Below are positions 62,895 to 64,000 of a stretch of DNA of 64,000 bases, piece after piece (position 1 is the stretch's first letter; every line of letters begins with the position of its first letter). A program made the position numbers and the translations under genes. The notes beneath the pieces are model-generated. The model was given only the letters and a program-made list of their open reading frames with translations. It did no database searches and was not told where the DNA came from. This DNA is from Adineta vaga (lineage: Eukaryota; Animalia; Rotifera): assembly GCA_021613535.1 (NCBI GenBank), contig CP075492.1, forward strand, positions 15,252,001-15,316,000. The letters run 5' to 3'.

Positions 62895-64000
62895 AGAGTC
62901 ACAAATGAGTAGCACTGAATACAAAATATTTTGATTTTTACAGATAATTATTTGAAATAAAATGAAGTGTATGAAAAGGAAAGATTTTTCTGTAATTATC
63001 GAGACTGATTGAGTGCTTATTATGATTAGAATCGTTCTTTTTTTCAACTAACATATACAATTTTAGTTTTCATTGATGTTGATTTTAACATTTTATCAAA
63101 AACTTTACTAACGTATAATTCAGTACAAGAGATAAAAAAACTATTTTAATGATCAAAATACATCGTATGGGCACAAAAATCACCTTAAATTACATTCTTC
63201 TGTCCATTTCTATGAACAGGATAAAAGTTCTAACGAATTGCATCATTTTAGATAGTTTATTACAGTCAATCTTGATTATATCGATCGGGTATGTTTTCTC
63301 AAAAAGATATTAGAAAGTCAACTTACTACTATTTTGTTAAATATGCTTTGTTTCAATGCACGTTACGATGAAAACCGAAGAGCAACTTACTATGAGTGTT
63401 AAAAGAACTACAAAATGAAATGCAATTCTTATCGAGTAAAAGAATAAATACTTCAGCGATGAATTTTTAATTATGACATTACGTGAGAAAAAAATACAAA
63501 CTACGAATGGTACCTAATCTTAGTATAATGGAAAGAATTGCACATTTCAAAACGAAAAAGAAAATTTGTATTTCTTCATGATTAATCTTCTGTAAAATGC
63601 AGGAACAGAAGTTCCTGAGCCACCTCAGTTTACAATATATTTGTATATACATAGGTTATCAACACAACTTCTCGGAATTTCAAATATTTGAATTAGTCTT
63701 CACGATGCTCTGTAAAAAGTTTTTTCGTTTGAATGGACTTCTACAAGACTTTCTGGTATTCTTGAATACATATCGAATTGAGCTCCATGGTTATTAATGT
63801 AGTTAAACTAGTAGCATCTGAATCTGTATCAAGCGTACATTTGAGCAACTGAATAAGCAAAAGATGGAAGGAACAAGGCAAGGCCTATATCGTGAATAAA
63901 TAATAAGTTTAAATTTTCTTTGTAAGAATAATCAAAATCAGAAATAATATAATAGCGGTTATTGGACGATCAATTTGAAGATCATCTTTGAACGTCTCTC

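Noticed and set aside
63597-64000. Possible gene at the right edge of the window
   Set aside because: All frames inspected contain stops and no motif was recognised.

Overview
This is AT-rich eukaryotic DNA with many short (about 50-70 nt) GT-AG introns. The intron sizes, the gene families and the mix of bacterial-type metabolic genes, transposon debris and GGGTGT telomere-like seeds point to a bdelloid rotifer (inference, not proven). The centrepiece is an 8-exon, ~2,960-codon megasynthase on the minus strand (53107->39980) with the order KS-AT-ACP-C-A-PCP plus a membrane-bound terminal domain of the epsilon-poly-L-lysine synthetase (Pls/PosA) type. All three KS catalytic residues are lost. 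The AT keeps its catalytic Ser but has Tyr in place of the malonyl-binding Arg, the position substituted in loading ATs. This suggests an acyl-primed, membrane-bound poly(amino acid)/polyamide synthetase in an animal genome. Beside it lie two cytochromes P450 (one lacking the I-helix acid-alcohol pair), an acetyl-CoA synthetase, a flavin amine oxidase and an SLC5 transporter, which may form a biosynthetic cluster. Also present: a spliced DUF3987-like P-loop ATPase gene, a truncated LDLa-EGF-GPCR, a probable Athena/Terminon retroelement remnant with a decayed hammerhead-like motif, foldback/MITE-like inverted repeats, a (CAACC)42 tract and decayed copies of lineage-expanded membrane-protein genes. 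Many otherwise intact genes carry 1-2 nt frameshifts, which may be assembly errors. All domain calls come from reading motifs by eye; no searches were run.
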